Shown here piece after piece: positions 1-12,787 of a stretch of 43,434 nt of DNA (position 1 is the stretch's first letter; each line of letters starts with the position of its first letter). The position numbers were made by a program, and so were the translations under genes. This DNA is from Prorocentrum cordatum (lineage: Eukaryota). The notes beneath the pieces are model-generated. The model saw only the letters and a list, made by a program, of their open reading frames with translations, made no database searches and was not told where the DNA came from. The stretch spans positions 620,001-663,434 of the forward strand of contig CAUYUJ010000248.1 of the NCBI GenBank assembly GCA_963575745.1, in the 5' to 3' direction.

Positions 1-189
1 GACTGTAACAGCAGATGTCCATGCGCCCTTTGCATGGGGCCCTTTGCGTGGGCCCACGGCGGGCCACGCGAGCACAACTGCGGCCACTTTGCCTGGCCCC
101 TTGCAACTGGGGCGCATGCCCGCGGCCGTCGAGCGGGACGTCGCCCCGCGCGCGAAGAGCACACGGTCCCCCCCACACCCAGGATGCAG

Positions 190-420
190 GACCCCCCCGG
201 ACTACATGGCCCCCCCCCCCCGACTACAAGGCTCCCCCCCCGGACTACAAGGGCCCCCCCCCCCGCCTACAAGGCCCCCCCCCCCCGACTACCCCCCCCC
301 CCCCCCCCCTGACTACAACGGCCCCCCCCCCCCTCCTGGACTACACAGGACCCCCCCCCCAGACTACAGGGCCCCCACCCCTGGACTAACTACAGGGCCC
401 CCTCCCCGGACTATGGACGA
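190..420. repeat. Minisatellite: GACTAC(A) core followed by poly-C, about 10 degenerate units
   Basis: ggactacatggccccccc / gactacaaggctccccc / ggactacaagggccccc / gactacaacggccccc etc. recur every ~18-24 bp; this explains the Pro-rich ORFs at 15-898. Confidence 0.85.
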
Positions 421-676
421 TCGGTCACCTCATAACCATCGAGATATGATATACTCATCATACCGCTATTCCTGGGATCTCTCCCCCGGCCGGGGTGCGC
501 TCGGGCTCGAAGTTCGAGGCGAACCCGGCGGTGGCGACGAGGGCCACCCGGGAGGCCCGAACAAAAGGCGGAGTCGAGGGGAGGCCAGTCTTGCCCCCCT
601 TGGCCTCGTGCGCTCGTGCTCGTGCGCCGCGCCCCACCCAGTGTATAATGCAATCCTTCAACCTACTGCCAGCATG

Positions 677-822
677 TTACCAGCCTGGGACATATCCCTA
701 TCCCTATGCTGGGCACCTCCTCATCACGATGCCAATCTTAGGGATTCCCTTATGTTTTCAGGGCGAATCCCTAAGATTGTCATCGCCTTTTGGCGTGTCA
801 ATCATACGTTCGAGGCTGGTAA
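677..822. mobile_element. MITE family D, copy 1 (TIR ttaccagcct...aggctggtaa)
   Basis: 10-bp inverted ends. The internal ccctatgctgggcacctcctcatcacgatgccaatcttagggattccctt recurs at ~24528-24633 (partial), ~31583-31736 and, inverted, ~32383-32532. Confidence 0.75.
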
Positions 823-1254
823 GCATGGCTTCGTGGCCTTACTTGGGTCCCCAGGTTGCCTAGGCAGTTCCCTGGCTAGTACGGGTGGCCTTGCTTGACA
901 CGTCTGGAAAAAGACCCCCCTCCATCCCCGAGGTTCTCGGCTCCCCTAACTCGGGTCCCGTCGCAAAGGGTCCCGGGCACCTGTGCTTCTCATCATCGCT
1001 TCTTCCCACCCTGCCGGCTCTCCGCTGCAGCGATCTTTCGCCTCGCAGATGGCCCTCTTGCCTCGGCCGTTCTCTCCGCGGCTAGGCCGCATACAGCTGC
1101 CTGCGTACGTCCGGTCTCTTCGTGGTGGTTCACTGCTTCGTTCACGGCCCCACGCAGGATGGTCTATCTACATTGCTTTGGAAGGGTGTCCCACCCCGCC
1201 TTGGCAGTTGGCGGGCCGTCGCTTGCACCCCATCGGCGCGGCGAAGGAGCAAGT

Positions 1255-1979
1255 GTGTGTGTGTGTGTGTGTGTGTGTCCACCCCCGGCTGCCCCGCGGC
1301 TGCCGCCCCGACGCCCCAGCGCTGCTCCGCCGCCGCGGCCTGGCCCCGCTCTGAGCGGGCCTGGCCTTTGTCTCCCTCCCGCCCGCGCTGGGCCTTCCCC
1401 CTCCTCCTCACGTGCACCGCTGCTTGACTTGCAAGTATATGCCCTACATTTGCCCCGTCCGCCAGCGCAGCCACTTTGCCTAGCCTCCGACGCAAAAAGT
1501 GTGTGTGTGTGTCAGTGCGTGTCTGCGTTTTCAGGCAAACCTGCATGACCTCAGTTTCGTTTTCACACGTATTCGTTTTGTCTGGCCCCTAGCCCTAATC
1601 TTGGCGACCGCTTGAAGTTCGATGGCATGTTGATTTGTCAGTTCAGTCAGTTGATGACCAGACGGTAGCCCGTCGCTGCAGTAGAGGAGAAGTGTCTGTG
1701 TGCGTGACCGGAATAATGAGAGAAAGAGAGTCTCTCTTTCTCCCATCTTCTCTCTCTCTCTCTCTCTCTTGAGAGAGAGAGAGGAAAGGAAAAGAGCAGA
1801 GAAAGACAAACAAGCACAATAGAGAGAGAAGGAACGAGGGAGGGAGGGAGTTTGGGAGGGAAGAGTGAAGAACATATATGATAGTATGATCTGACAGCAG
1901 AGGAGAGGAGATGAGATAAGTGAGACGGAGGGAGAGCGCGATACATATACATATATATATATATAATGATGGACATAAT

Positions 1980-2010
<31 letters not shown>

Positions 2011-2040
2011 AAATAAAGAAAGAAATAGAGAGAGAGAGAG
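1255..2040. repeat. Cluster of dinucleotide microsatellites: (GT)n, (CT)n/(GA)n, (TA)n
   Basis: Directly visible at ~1255-1278, 1500-1512, 1748-1782, 1941-1975, 1986-2040. Confidence 0.9.
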
Positions 2041-2057
2041 CAACATGCCGACGGGAG

Positions 2058-2138
2058 GCATTCGCCGAGCACCTCAAGCGCCAGGGCAGGTTCGAGATTC
2101 CCAAGTGGTCCGACGTGGTAAAAACGTCGAAGCATAAG
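2058..2138 (+). CDS. RPS19: 40S ribosomal protein S19 (eS19), internal exon A
   Basis: Translates AFAEHLKRQGRFEIPKWSDVVKTSKHK, matching the eS19 N-terminal 'A.A.HLK..G....P.W.D.VKT' motif; AG acceptor before 2058, GC donor at 2139; 81 nt, phase 0. Confidence 0.93.
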
Positions 2139-2669
2139 GCGCCCCCGGCGCATACCAGGGCAGGGCGAGGAGAATGAGGCCGTGGACGATGATCATCAGG
2201 AGGTTGGGGAAGAGAGGAAGAGGGGAGGATGAACGTCTCGGAACATTCGTGCTCGTCCAGAAGAGCCGTGCTGCACCCCACGATGCCCTGCCACCGCGAG
2301 ACAGAGCAGGTGCCTTGCTAGACACAGCACGTTTCCGATATAGGTCCGGCGCGACATCTCAAGTGGGCGTCGCTCCACATTGACTGACGTCAGGCTCACA
2401 TCATGCACGCGTAAGGGAGGAAACGCTTCGTGATGTGAGAGAGAGAGAGAGAGAGAGAGATCGCGTTTCGTGGACGCTTGTTCAATATATTTCGACACGT
2501 CGGAACTGGGGGGGGGGGGGGCCAAAACATTTAAAACGCACCGAGAACCAGGGGGGGCGGGGAGCTGGACATCGGCTTCTCTTGGGTGGGGGGTTCGAAT
2601 CGCCCTCTCGCCCCCCCACCTCCCCTACCTTATTGGTGCTCGAGTGCCAGATCAAACTCTAATTGCGTC

Positions 2670-2812
2670 CTACTGATGATCTAGCCGGATCCATCTTTCA
2701 TAGCCTCCTAGCCAGGTTCGGCCAACCCCAGTAGAATTCTACCTTCGCTGGATTCAGCTCCTTGAGTCCTATCACGGCGCGACCCATTTTTGCTAGATCC
2801 CACCATAAGTAG
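2670..2812. mobile_element. Short TIR-like insertion with a long flanking direct repeat
   Basis: Ends ctactgatgatctagc ... gctagatccccaccataagtag are imperfectly inverted. Flanked by agatcaaactctaattgcgtcc (2649-2670) and agatcaaacacgaattgagtcc (2811-2832). Confidence 0.6.
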
Positions 2813-3645
2813 ATCAAACACGAATTGAGTCCGACTGGGGATCGGTCCAGCTCCAATGGAAACTCACTGTGGCTCCATCTAGCCTCAATAGCATCCTACC
2901 GAGGCTCGATCGTCGTCGTCGTCGTCGTCGCTGCCCGACGGCTCCAGCGCCGGCGCCAGCGCCCGCCGTCATCGGTTGCAGTGGGGAAAAGTCAGGGGGG
3001 GGCCGGTGCGACTCCCCCCCATTGAGATTGAGGAAGGGGGGGGCGGTTCGAACCCTCCCCACCTTGAGGAAGGGGTACCAGTTCGAACCCCCCCCTTGCA
3101 ATTCAGGTCTTCCCCCCCACCCCCTTCCAAGCACGTCCGCAGAACGCGCTCTTTCATTTATATGCTACAGTCAACCCGCATAATAGGGATGGGCAACCTT
3201 CCCAAGGGTACCCTTGCATCATTGCCCCTTCGGCCCATCCTTGGCCACTTCTGCCGGCCGCGCCACGCTCGATGAGAAGCTTCGCAGTGGGCGCCCAAGG
3301 CCTTTGCATCATTCTCGCGCATCTTTAGAACACGGGCAGGCTGCATAAGCTGCGCTCCGGTCGCGCTGCGCTCCTGAGAACGGAAAGAAACGCACACGGC
3401 ACAACACAGCACAGCACAGCACAGCACAGCACAACACACACACACACAACACGACACACGCACACAGACACTACGCGCTCGTGCGCCGCACCTGCGCCGC
3501 AAGGGTCGAGGAGAGCCGGGCGAGGAGCCGCAGTGGCCATGCACAGGCCCCTCTTGCGCTCCTTGTCAGGGGGCCTCCGCTCGGGGCCCCCGCCCCGCAT
3601 AGTCCCTGGCGGTGGCGGCTGCGCCGTTCTCTGCCCCCGCAGTTG

Positions 3646-3800
3646 GGTCGGGCGTGTCCCTCTGCAGGAGGAAAGTTCAAAAAATAGCGCCCAAACATGT
3701 ATGGGAGACGATGTTTGGAATATTATTGTTTTCGTTATCAGTTCTTGACTAAGTATTTATCGTCTCCAAAAATCCGCCTGTAGGGGGACATGCCCGACCT
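3646..3800. mobile_element. MITE family A (TIR ggtcgggcRtgtccc.ct.cagg.gga), copy 1
   Basis: Left ggtcgggcgtgtccctctgcaggagga, right tccgcctgtagggggacatgcccgacc (reverse complement), AT-rich core; flanking near-repeat ccccgcagt/ccctgcagt; at least 7 further copies in the window. Confidence 0.85.
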
Positions 3801-3805
3801 AACCC

Positions 3806-3973
3806 TGCAGTGGAGGTCCATGCCACGAAGCACCCTGCTTGCCTCCAGGGTGCCCTGGGTTTCTTAGGTTTCGATGGTTCTGCTATGGCAAGCGAGGCGT
3901 TCCCGCACCAAAAATCGAGGGTCTCGGGGTTTGTTTCCTGAGGAAGGTTTCTTGTGGACTGGCCTCCACTGTA
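3806..3973. mobile_element. MITE family E (TIR t[a/g]cagtggagg...cctccactgta), copy 1
   Basis: Inverted ends; close second copy at 13940-14119 and a partial copy at ~24352-24430. Confidence 0.8.
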
Positions 3974-4418
3974 CCAGCACGGGCGCCCCGTCCTTCAGCC
4001 AAGACGCCGAAAGAAGGGACAGTTTAGGTTCGGAAGGCGCTCGATATTCCTTAGACCCTTTCATGGTTGTTTCTCGAGCGGTCCTCGTGCACGCAGGCGC
4101 CTGTGAGGTCAAGAAGGGGTTTAGCTCCTTGTTTAGCGTTCCTTTTGTCAGCGGCCCGACTTTACGGCAGAACATTTCACCACGTGCTTGAGTTCGTCCG
4201 CCGCGGACGACAGCGACGGCGGCAGCGGCTGGGGGGGGGGGGACCAAGGCATCCGACGTCGCAATCTCTTCATTGGCGCGCACCCCGTGAGCTCGACCCC
4301 GTCCAGATACCGCTCTTCCGTGTTCTGGTGGCCCCAGGGCCCGAGCATGACCCCCCCCCGTCCGAATCATTGGGAGTCAACGCGCGCCCGCCGTGTCGCC
4401 TGCCCTGGGCGCAAGGAG

Positions 4419-4842
<424 letters not shown>

Positions 4843-4899
4843 AGAGGCCGAGAGGGGGCGCCCCTGCTGGGCGAGAGCGCCCCCGCCCCCGCCCGACAG

Positions 4900-4950
4900 G
4901 AGCTGCCGCCCCTCGACCCCGACTGGCTGTACGTGCGCACCTCCTCCATG
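4900..4950 (+). CDS. RPS19: 40S ribosomal protein S19, internal exon B
   Basis: ELPPLDPDWLYVRTSSM matches eS19 'EL.P.DPDW.Y.R.AS'; cag| acceptor, GC donor at 4951; 51 nt. Confidence 0.92.
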
Positions 4951-4996
4951 GCCCGGCCCCTGACACTGCCGCGCGCGGGGGGCACTCGCCGACTGG

Positions 4997-5165
4997 ACGT
5001 AAGAGTGACCCTTCGCCGGAGTGGCCTTTGGTGCGGGCACAGATGGGTCCCCAGATGGCTGAGAACGAAGCAGCGGCAGCTGCTTGCGCGCCCAGGTTTG
5101 GTCCCCCCGCGGCCCCCCAAACCCCGCGCGCCAAAGGTCACTCTTACCCAGGGTCACTCTTACGT
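4997..5165. mobile_element. MITE family B (TIR acgtaagagtgaccct...agggtcactcttacgt), copy 1
   Basis: Perfect 16-bp TIR plus sub-terminal inverted gtg.cctttgg/ccaaaggtcac; copies at 29825-29992, 30317-30485, 31911-32081. Confidence 0.88.
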
Positions 5166-5289
5166 ATAGCCGAACTCGCCGTGGATCGCTCGAGCCGATG
5201 CGGGCATCGGCTCGATCGGTCGATCGGCCGACCCGATCGCAAGAGGAGGAAATGGTGCCCACACCGCATGCCTTCTCCCGCTTTCACCT

Positions 5290-5415
5290 TCTGTTGGGCC
5301 TCCTGGGAGGCCGGCGTCGCCACCGCTGGATTCGCCTCGAAATTCTGGTCCGAACGCACCCCTGGATTGGTCCGGGGAGTAGCGGCATCGGTGCCTCTTG
5401 GTTTCCCCAGATCGG
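5290..5415 (+). repeat. Dispersed repeat (gggcctcc..ggaggcc..cgtcgccaccg..ggattcgcctcgaa)
   Basis: Related copies at ~465-570 (inverted) and ~42520-42620. Confidence 0.65.
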
Positions 5416-5507
5416 GGGCTCGGCTCGTGGTCGATGCGATCACCAGGTCGTGGCATCGATGGGGGCGTCGACGTGTCCGACGGGTTTTCGGGAGCCTTGG
5501 GTCGGAG

Positions 5508-5668
5508 GGCACCAACCATACACCCACACCGATCTTGGCTAGCCCTATCCTAGCCCCAGGATCGGTGTATAGTGTATACGCATTCTGCCCATGGCAGGAG
5601 GGCGTAGACACAGATCCTGGACCCAGGGTGATCCTGGGCAGGATCGGTGTTGGTGTATAGTTGGTGCC
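5508..5668. mobile_element. MITE family C (TIR ggcaccaactatacaccaacaccgatcc), copy 1
   Basis: ~28-bp inverted ends; full copy at 25217-25370, partial at ~38765-38855. Confidence 0.85.
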
Positions 5669-6479
5669 TTCTGTTTGGGGGGGTCGCCCTTCGCGCGTCT
5701 TTGGGGCTCTCTGGGGGGCTCTACACGGCTGGGTCCGCGTCGAGACTCGGGCCGGGACGCCCCCAAGGATCGGTCTCATCAGGGGCCGTCGACCTCGCCA
5801 TCGTCGGCCACGTGGTCATGATCCTCCTCCTCGCCGCTGTCCTCGTGGCCCTGTCCTCGCCGTGGTTGTGGGCGCCGATTAGTGGAGAGGAAGCATGTTA
5901 CCAAAGACTTTCCATATGTCTAAAAAATGGTTCGGGCATGTCTAAAAATGGTTTGAGCATGTCTTAAGCATGTAGAGCACATGTTTCAAACATGCTGGGA
6001 ACATGTCTTCGACATGTTGCATCCATTTTCCATTCAGTGATAGACTTGTCAGGGCACTGTTGGTGTATCCATCGTCATGACCTCCACAGCGTTGTCGGCG
6101 GCCTCGCCATGTGCCTCCTCTCCATCTCCCTGCTCCTCCCTGGCCCGGGGAAAGGGCGCAGATGGGGGACGGGGCGGCGGCGGCGCCGCAGGCGGGAGCA
6201 GCCTCGGGGATGGGCTCTCGCAGGATCCTCGTCGTCCCTCCTGCCTCTCCCTGCTGCCCCCATCTCGTCCTCGACAGGGGGGCCTCGCCCCCGCCCCCCC
6301 TGCTCACCTGAACCTGATGAGGTTGGAAAGAGAGAAGCAAAAAACAAGACGTCTCGTCCTCCCTGCCCTCCCCTCACCCCCGTCAAGCGCGCGCGCCCGC
6401 CCTGGGCAAGGAGCGGGGAAGGAGAGGGGAAGGAGAGGGGAAAGAAGGAGGGGGCAGACAGACGCGGGCCGACCCTCCG

Positions 6480-6945
6480 CCTTCTTCTCCTCCTCCTCCT
6501 CCTCCTCCTCCTCCTCCTCCTCCTCCTCCTCCTCATCATCATCCTCCTCCTCCTCTCCCCCCTCCCGCGCCTGCCTCCGCCCCCCCCTCCCCTGCGAGAG
6601 ATCGAGGCGCTCTCTCTCCTCCGCCATTCACCTGCTGCTTCCCCCTCGCCGAGAGCGGGGGGTGCCGGCGGGCCGAGAGGAGAGGGGGAGAGGGCCGAGG
6701 AGGGGAGGGGTTGCGGCAGCGAGGGGAGGGCCAGGGCGCGGGACGAGGAGGGAGGAGTGCAACGAGGACGAGGAGGAGGGAGGACAGCGAGGAGGAGGAG
6801 GAGGAGGAGGAGGAGGAGGAGGAGGGGGAGGAGGAGGAGGAGGAGGAGGAGGAGGAGGAGGAGGAACATAAGGAAGAGGAGGAGGAGGAGAAGGAGGAGG
6901 AGGAGGAGGGGGAGGAGGAGGAGGAGGAGGAGGAGCAGGAGCAGA
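6480..6945. repeat. (CCT)n tract (~6480-6555) and long (GGA)n tract (~6790-6945) in opposite orientation
   Basis: Directly visible; source of the poly-L/R/E/G ORFs. Confidence 0.9.
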
Positions 6946-7214
6946 ACGAAGTGGAGAAGGGCGTGGACGAGGAGTCTGATGACGACGACCCGGAGGAAGG
7001 GAACTGGGAGAATCGAGAGCTCCGGGAGGATGAGGACACCGGAATGCACATGCAAACTCATGGGTTGTATTACATCTACATCCTCTTCGTCTTGCAAACA
7101 TCATATGCCTCCCCTTTCCTGTTTTTCCTTCGCTACTCATCCGCCTCAAGTGATGCTGTTCTTCTGTTTCTTGATAATCCTCTCCATGCTCGTCTCGTCG
7201 TTTGGACCTACAAG

Positions 7215-7265
7215 GTTCGCAAGATCTACATCCGTGGCGGAACGGGCGTCGGCGGCTTCCGAAAG
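7215..7265 (+). CDS. RPS19: 40S ribosomal protein S19, internal exon C
   Basis: VRKIYIRGGTGVGGFRK matches eS19 'RKIY.R.G.GVG.F.K'; aag| acceptor, GC donor at 7266; 51 nt. Confidence 0.92.
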
Positions 7266-8369
7266 GCATGGCGGGGCTGAAGCTCCCACGTCTAGGGGGA
7301 GGGCGAGGAGGCGTGAGACAGGGTTCGTTTTGTCAGGCTTGCGTGGTCTAGCATCCTCTCAATTGCAGGGTGGGCTAGTAAACAGCGCCGTTTGGGCGAA
7401 GGCAGCAGGCGTTCCCAGCACGGCGCTTCACATGGTGTGTTCCCAGCGGTGGCGGCACTTGACGCTTCCCATATCCACGCCAGCCCATCTAGAAAGGATG
7501 CCACGGCGAGTTGCACTGACCAGGGACGTGCAGGAGCACGCGGTCCAACAAAGAGTGGACGGCGCCGTCAAGCTGAAGCTCGGGGCAGATCTTTCGATGA
7601 TGGGAGCCTCGTGGCAGCTTACTTGGCCATCTTGGGGTCCCCTTGGATCCATTGTGGGTTTCTTTCGGGCTGTCGTTAGGTCCTCTGGGTGCCCTCTTGG
7701 GGTCCTCCTGGGATCCTCTTCGGAGTCTTCGGGGCCCTCCTGGGGCTGTCTTGAGTGACCTCGATCAGAGACGCGAGGGTTCTTCATTCGGGTCGACCCA
7801 TCCTGGAGTCCGACAAGTCGCCTCTTGGGTCATCTTGGGGCTCTCTTGGGTGCTCTTGGGGTCGTCTTGGAGCCCTCTTGGGCCCCTCCTGGGGCTCTAC
7901 TGGACAATCTTGCAGCCATAGTGAGGCATTGGAGGCTCATCGGACGCGAGACAGCGAGAATGCAACTATCATTTGTTTCCCCTGCGTCTTTCGAGGATTC
8001 TGGTCTTTTGGGGGCAATTTTGAGATGCTCCGCTGCCACTTGAGCAGTCTTGTGAGTGTATTGGGCCCTCTTGGAAGCATACTCTATTTCCCTAATTATA
8101 CGTGGGGGGGCAAACTTCGTGGGGGGTGCCACGCCGGCGAAAATCATCCCAGGGCCTAATCTTCGCGCCGGCGAAAAGTACGTCTAAGGCCGGCGAACAT
8201 TATGCACCATTTCAGGGTCGCCGATGATGATGCCGATGATGATGGTAATGGTGATGACGACGCTGATGGTGAAGACGATTACTTAGCCGATCATGAGGAC
8301 GACAAACATATGTTGATGCAAGTTTTGCCAGCTGTGGATGGACCATTTTACTTCGTCGGCGGTGACGAA

Positions 8370-8612
<243 letters not shown>

Positions 8613-10112
8613 GATCGCAACACGTATGACACATGTCTCAAATATCATCCGCAAGACATGGCACACATATGCTGATCAAAGCGTGTGATAGTTCCCCAGA
8701 CGGGCGAATATGAAGAAACGCGGGAAACGTGCACTGCGCGAGCGCGATTGCTGCAAAGTGCTCGAACGTGTACATGATGCACATACCAATATCCGTAAAA
8801 CTTGCCAACAATGTGTGTTCATAGGCGCCGGCGAAACTTCAGCCGTCACCTCGCAAGTGCAGGCGGCGCGCTTTGAAAATTACACCACCCACGTTGCATA
8901 ACGGAAATAGAGTCTTTGAGGCCATCCCGAGCCATTTTTGAACCTCTTGGGTTGTCTAGGGCCCTCTTCGAGCCATCTTGTGCCAACAAGGACCTTCTAA
9001 CACTTCGGGCCCGCCCCCGTCAAGGCCCGGGGGAGGCGGTGGGAGACGGAGTGGACCCCTCCCCGAAAGGGAAGAAGGGGGTTGGAAGAAGACGCGCCCT
9101 CGGCCACCTTAGCCCATGGGGGCTGGTGGGATCATCGGCCACACGTGATACTGCGTGGATTCAACCGCCAAGGACGCGTAATTATCCGCAGTGTGGCGTC
9201 TGTTGGCCGATCGGGACCTTCACGTGTCCGAGCAACTAGGGGTGAGCACGTCCTCAGTCGATGCTTCGCACGTCAGCGTCACATGACTGCCACAGTCGCT
9301 GCCGATCGCCGCTTTTGTCTGACACTGCGGTCACTTCTGAAGCATAATGCCTGTCTGCTGTATGATACTACTTGACGGGGTCCGCACCAGGACTGCGATA
9401 TTCTCGCTGCTCGTCGTCCCTTGATTCAAAGGGTGCCTAAGGCCGATGGATGACATGGTCGAACACGTGGCATAACGTCGCTCACGTTGCCCTCTGGAGG
9501 TATTCGGAGGCTCTGAGAGGGCCAAAAACTTCCAAGCATCTAGATCTTGCAAGCGACGGGCATACCCGTATCCATGTTCCCGCGATGTGGACGCCAGGAC
9601 GCCAATCCATGGACACGGGAATCTCATCGATGTGGTTCTCGCGGGGCAACCGCCCACAGCAGCCCTGCACCCTCCGGAGGTCTGCGGCCGCAGATTTTGA
9701 GACTCTGTACCGCGAGGGCCTGGTTCGTTCGACCCACGACGGTCCTTCTTTTTCCCAGCTTTCGATTTCTGCTCCCATCCCCTGTGGAAGCGAACGCCCA
9801 GCCTGTGGAACAAAACGCACAGCCTGTGGACAAGCACACACACAGTCTCTGGGCAAAAAGCACGCAGTCTGTGCTTCTGTTCCACAGTGTGTGTGTGTGT
9901 CTGTTTTTTTGCCACTGTGTGTTTTGGGTGTTGCTGCCTCCCAGCAGTGCCTCAGGCTGGGCCCGCCGGCCGCCCTGCTGTGACTCGCTGCCGCCGCCGC
10001 CGCCTCCTTCACTCCCCCCTCCCCTCCTGGCAGGGCTTCGGGCTGCGAGCAGGCATCCCTCCCCCCAGGGAGCCCTGGCTGGCTTCGACGGGCCCCTGGG
10101 CATATAGTCTTG

Positions 10113-10270
10113 AATCGGGCCTGTCCCTCTACAGGGAGGAATATTCAGTTATAATGCAGCAGGAGTCTGGGGACGATGTCGCCAGTATTTTTTCGTATCA
10201 GTTTTGAGTATGTTCTGACTGTGTCTTATTTGTCCTCCAGAATCTGCCTGTAAGAGGACACGCCCGACCT
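10113..10270. mobile_element. MITE family A copy with ~35-bp flanking direct repeat
   Basis: Family A ends. Flanks are ctggctggcttcgacgggcccctgggcatatagtc (10075-10109) and ctggctggcttcgacggagcccctgagtatgcagtc (10275-10310). Confidence 0.82.
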
Positions 10271-10549
10271 GAATCTGGCTGGCTTCGACGGAGCCCCTGA
10301 GTATGCAGTCCCAGCTGGACCCTGCGGCGCGGACCGCTCCCGGGCCCCCGTGGAGCCTTTTGCATTTGGGGTGCCTGTCCAGGACAGCAGGGACTGCTCG
10401 GGGGGTCTGCTGCTGAGGCGAGCCGGGACTGCCTTGGGGGGGCTGCCTGTGCGCGACCCGCAGCCGTCCTTCCCGTCGCCGAGACGCGGGGCGGCCTCCT
10501 CTCGCTTATTTTAAAAAGTGCTTCGGCGGGGCCCGCGCTGCTGGGGAAG

Positions 10550-10620
10550 GTCTACGGCGGGCAGAAGCGCAGGGGCGTCATGACCAACACCTTCTCCAAG
10601 GGCTCTGGCAAGATCGCCAG
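10550..10620 (+). CDS. RPS19: 40S ribosomal protein S19, internal exon D (not listed in ORF track)
   Basis: VYGGQKRRGVMTNTFSKGSGKIA(R) matches eS19 'YGG..RRG....F...SG.IAR'; aag| acceptor, GT donor at 10621 (phase 2); 71 nt. Confidence 0.93.
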
Positions 10621-10835
10621 GTATCCTCCTCCACAAGACAGGAGGGGAGTGATGATGATGATGAGGAAGAGGAGGAGGAGGAGGAGGAGGAGGAGGAGGA
10701 GGAGGAGCAGGAGGAGGAGGAGGAGAGGGAGAGAGGGGAGATGATCAGCAGCATGGATTCGCAATCTGACGAGTCGGCATCAAGCAGGTCACAGGTTGCG
10801 ACGAAGTTTCCGTCACAGCGGCTCAGGAAACGGGA

Positions 10836-11207
10836 ACACACACACACACACATACACACGCACACACGCACACACGCACACACGCACACGCACGCACGCA
10901 CGCAAACACACACACACACACATTCACACACACAAGCACGCGCACACGCACACGCACACGCACACGCACACGCACACGCACACGCACCCCCACACATACA
11001 CACTTGTTTGGCGTCGAGGCCATGCGCGCGGCGGCGCGGCGCAGGTCAGATCATGCGGGCGCGCGCGGGCCAGGCCACTCAACGCATCATGGAGAAGCTG
11101 AAGCGCACATATACACTTACACACACGCAGGATGCCACACACAGACATACACACACACGCACACACACAGGCCGACACGCACACACAAACACACACACAC
11201 ACACATT

Positions 11208-11239
<32 letters not shown>

Positions 11240-11875
11240 CGCACACACACGCACACTGTTGCCACCGCGTGTACGCGCGCAGCGACGCAGCGGAGTGTCG
11301 GAGTCAGTCAAAGAGGAGCGCCCCGAAGTGCCTCCGAGGCCGCGGAAGCGTCCCTGGGCTCCCGCAGTCCGGCGAGGAGCTCAGGGCTCACACCCCTGGG
11401 GGACCTTCCTGTGTGGGCGTGCCTCGGGGGATGAAGCCCAGGAGGGGCACGAGCGAGGGAGCTGCCAGAAGGGTGCCGACCTGCGGGTCGGGAACAGCGA
11501 GCCGACGCACTCGGGCGCACCACTCGCGGACAGTGGCAGACAGCGAGGGACACACGCAGTGACATGCACAGACACACACACACACCTACACACACACACA
11601 CACCAACACACACAAACGCACACGTGCACGCGCACGAACATACGCACACACACACACTCATACACACACAGGCACGCACGCACGCACACGGGCCCGCGAG
11701 CACACGCACACGCACACGCACACGCTCACGCGCGCACGCAGAGTCACACGCACACGCACATGCTCACGCACACACGCACACGCACACACGCACACGCACA
11801 CGCACACACACACACACACACACACGCGCACCCGCGCACCAAGCACACCGGCACGCATACCGCGCACACCACGTC
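10836..11875. repeat. Interrupted (CA)n/(CACG)n/(CACGCA)n and (TA)n microsatellite blocks
   Basis: Blocks at ~10836-11003, 11106-11256, 11565-11870. Confidence 0.9.
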
Positions 11876-12108
11876 ACGCCGTTTCCAAGCAGGCGCCGGT
11901 GCGCTGCACGAGCGGCGCCCGGCTCGGAGCAGCGGCGAAGGCACAGCGTGGAGCGGCAGAGCGGGAAGAGCAAGAAGCCACGAGGAGCGGGCGTCGGGGC
12001 CGACGCGCGAAGCCGCGAAGCGCCACAGCGCACGCCTGCGCGGAGGGAGGCGGAGCCGACATGCCCGCCTGGCGTGACCGCGGTGAGGCAGGCGACCCAG
12101 GAAGGCCG

Positions 12109-12298
12109 GGGGCGGAGAAGAGGGGGGTGATGACGAGGGGGGGGGGGATGTCATGGCGGGGGCCATGATGTGTCCTCAGATTGCATGGCGCCTCTTCTTA
12201 TTTCATTGCGTACCTGGCCCCCCCGCTGGGCCGCGCACATGCCGCCGGTCATGATTTGCACCCCCCCCTCTTGGACACCCCCCTCTTGGCCGCTCCCG
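12109..12298. mobile_element. MITE family F (TIR ggggcgg..aagaggggggtg...caccccc(c)tcttggccgc.cc), copy 1
   Basis: Inverted ends; second copy at ~43050-43262 shares catggcgggggccatgat and catggcgcctcttctt. Confidence 0.8.
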
Positions 12299-12330
12299 AC
12301 AGGAAGGCCTGGCGGAGAGGCGGTAGGTTT

Positions 12331-12487
12331 GAGTCGGGCCTGTCCCTCCACAGGAGGAATGTTCAGAAATAGTTGTAAAACATCGTATCGGGGCGATTGT
12401 TCTGGTATTTCTGACCATCTTTGGATATTTGTGGGATATCCTATATTTTTCGTCCAAGATCCGCCTGTAGGGGAACATGCCCGACCT
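12331..12487. mobile_element. MITE family A copy
   Basis: Family A TIRs; direct repeat cggtaggt at 12321-12328 and 12490-12497. Confidence 0.82.
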
Positions 12488-12748
12488 GACGGTAGGTCGC
12501 CGGTGCAGCGCCCGAGGCTCCGGCGGGCCAGTGCGGGGCACGGCGGCAGGCGCGTGGCTCCGCCGTGTAGCGTCGCCGAGCAGGGCCAGGGCAGGGGGCC
12601 AGGCAGGGGAGGCTCCAGAGGGCCGGGCGGGGCCGAGGCAGCAGACCGAGGGAGGGCTCGGATGGGGGGCGCGCCGTCGTCATCGTCGCCGCCGTCGGGG
12701 ACGCCGTCGTTGCCCTCGTCTTTCTCGTCGTCGCCGTCGCCGCCGTCG

Positions 12749-12787
<39 letters not shown>

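Noticed and set aside
15..898. Proline-rich/formin-like ORFs and FLAG-like DYK motifs
   Set aside because: They are translations of a poly-C minisatellite running into MITE sequence.
2590..3095. tRNA or tRNA-derived SINE from GGTTCGAA B-box-like motifs (~2593, 3045, 3081)
   Set aside because: No A-box or cloverleaf could be found by eye; tRNAscan-SE would settle it.
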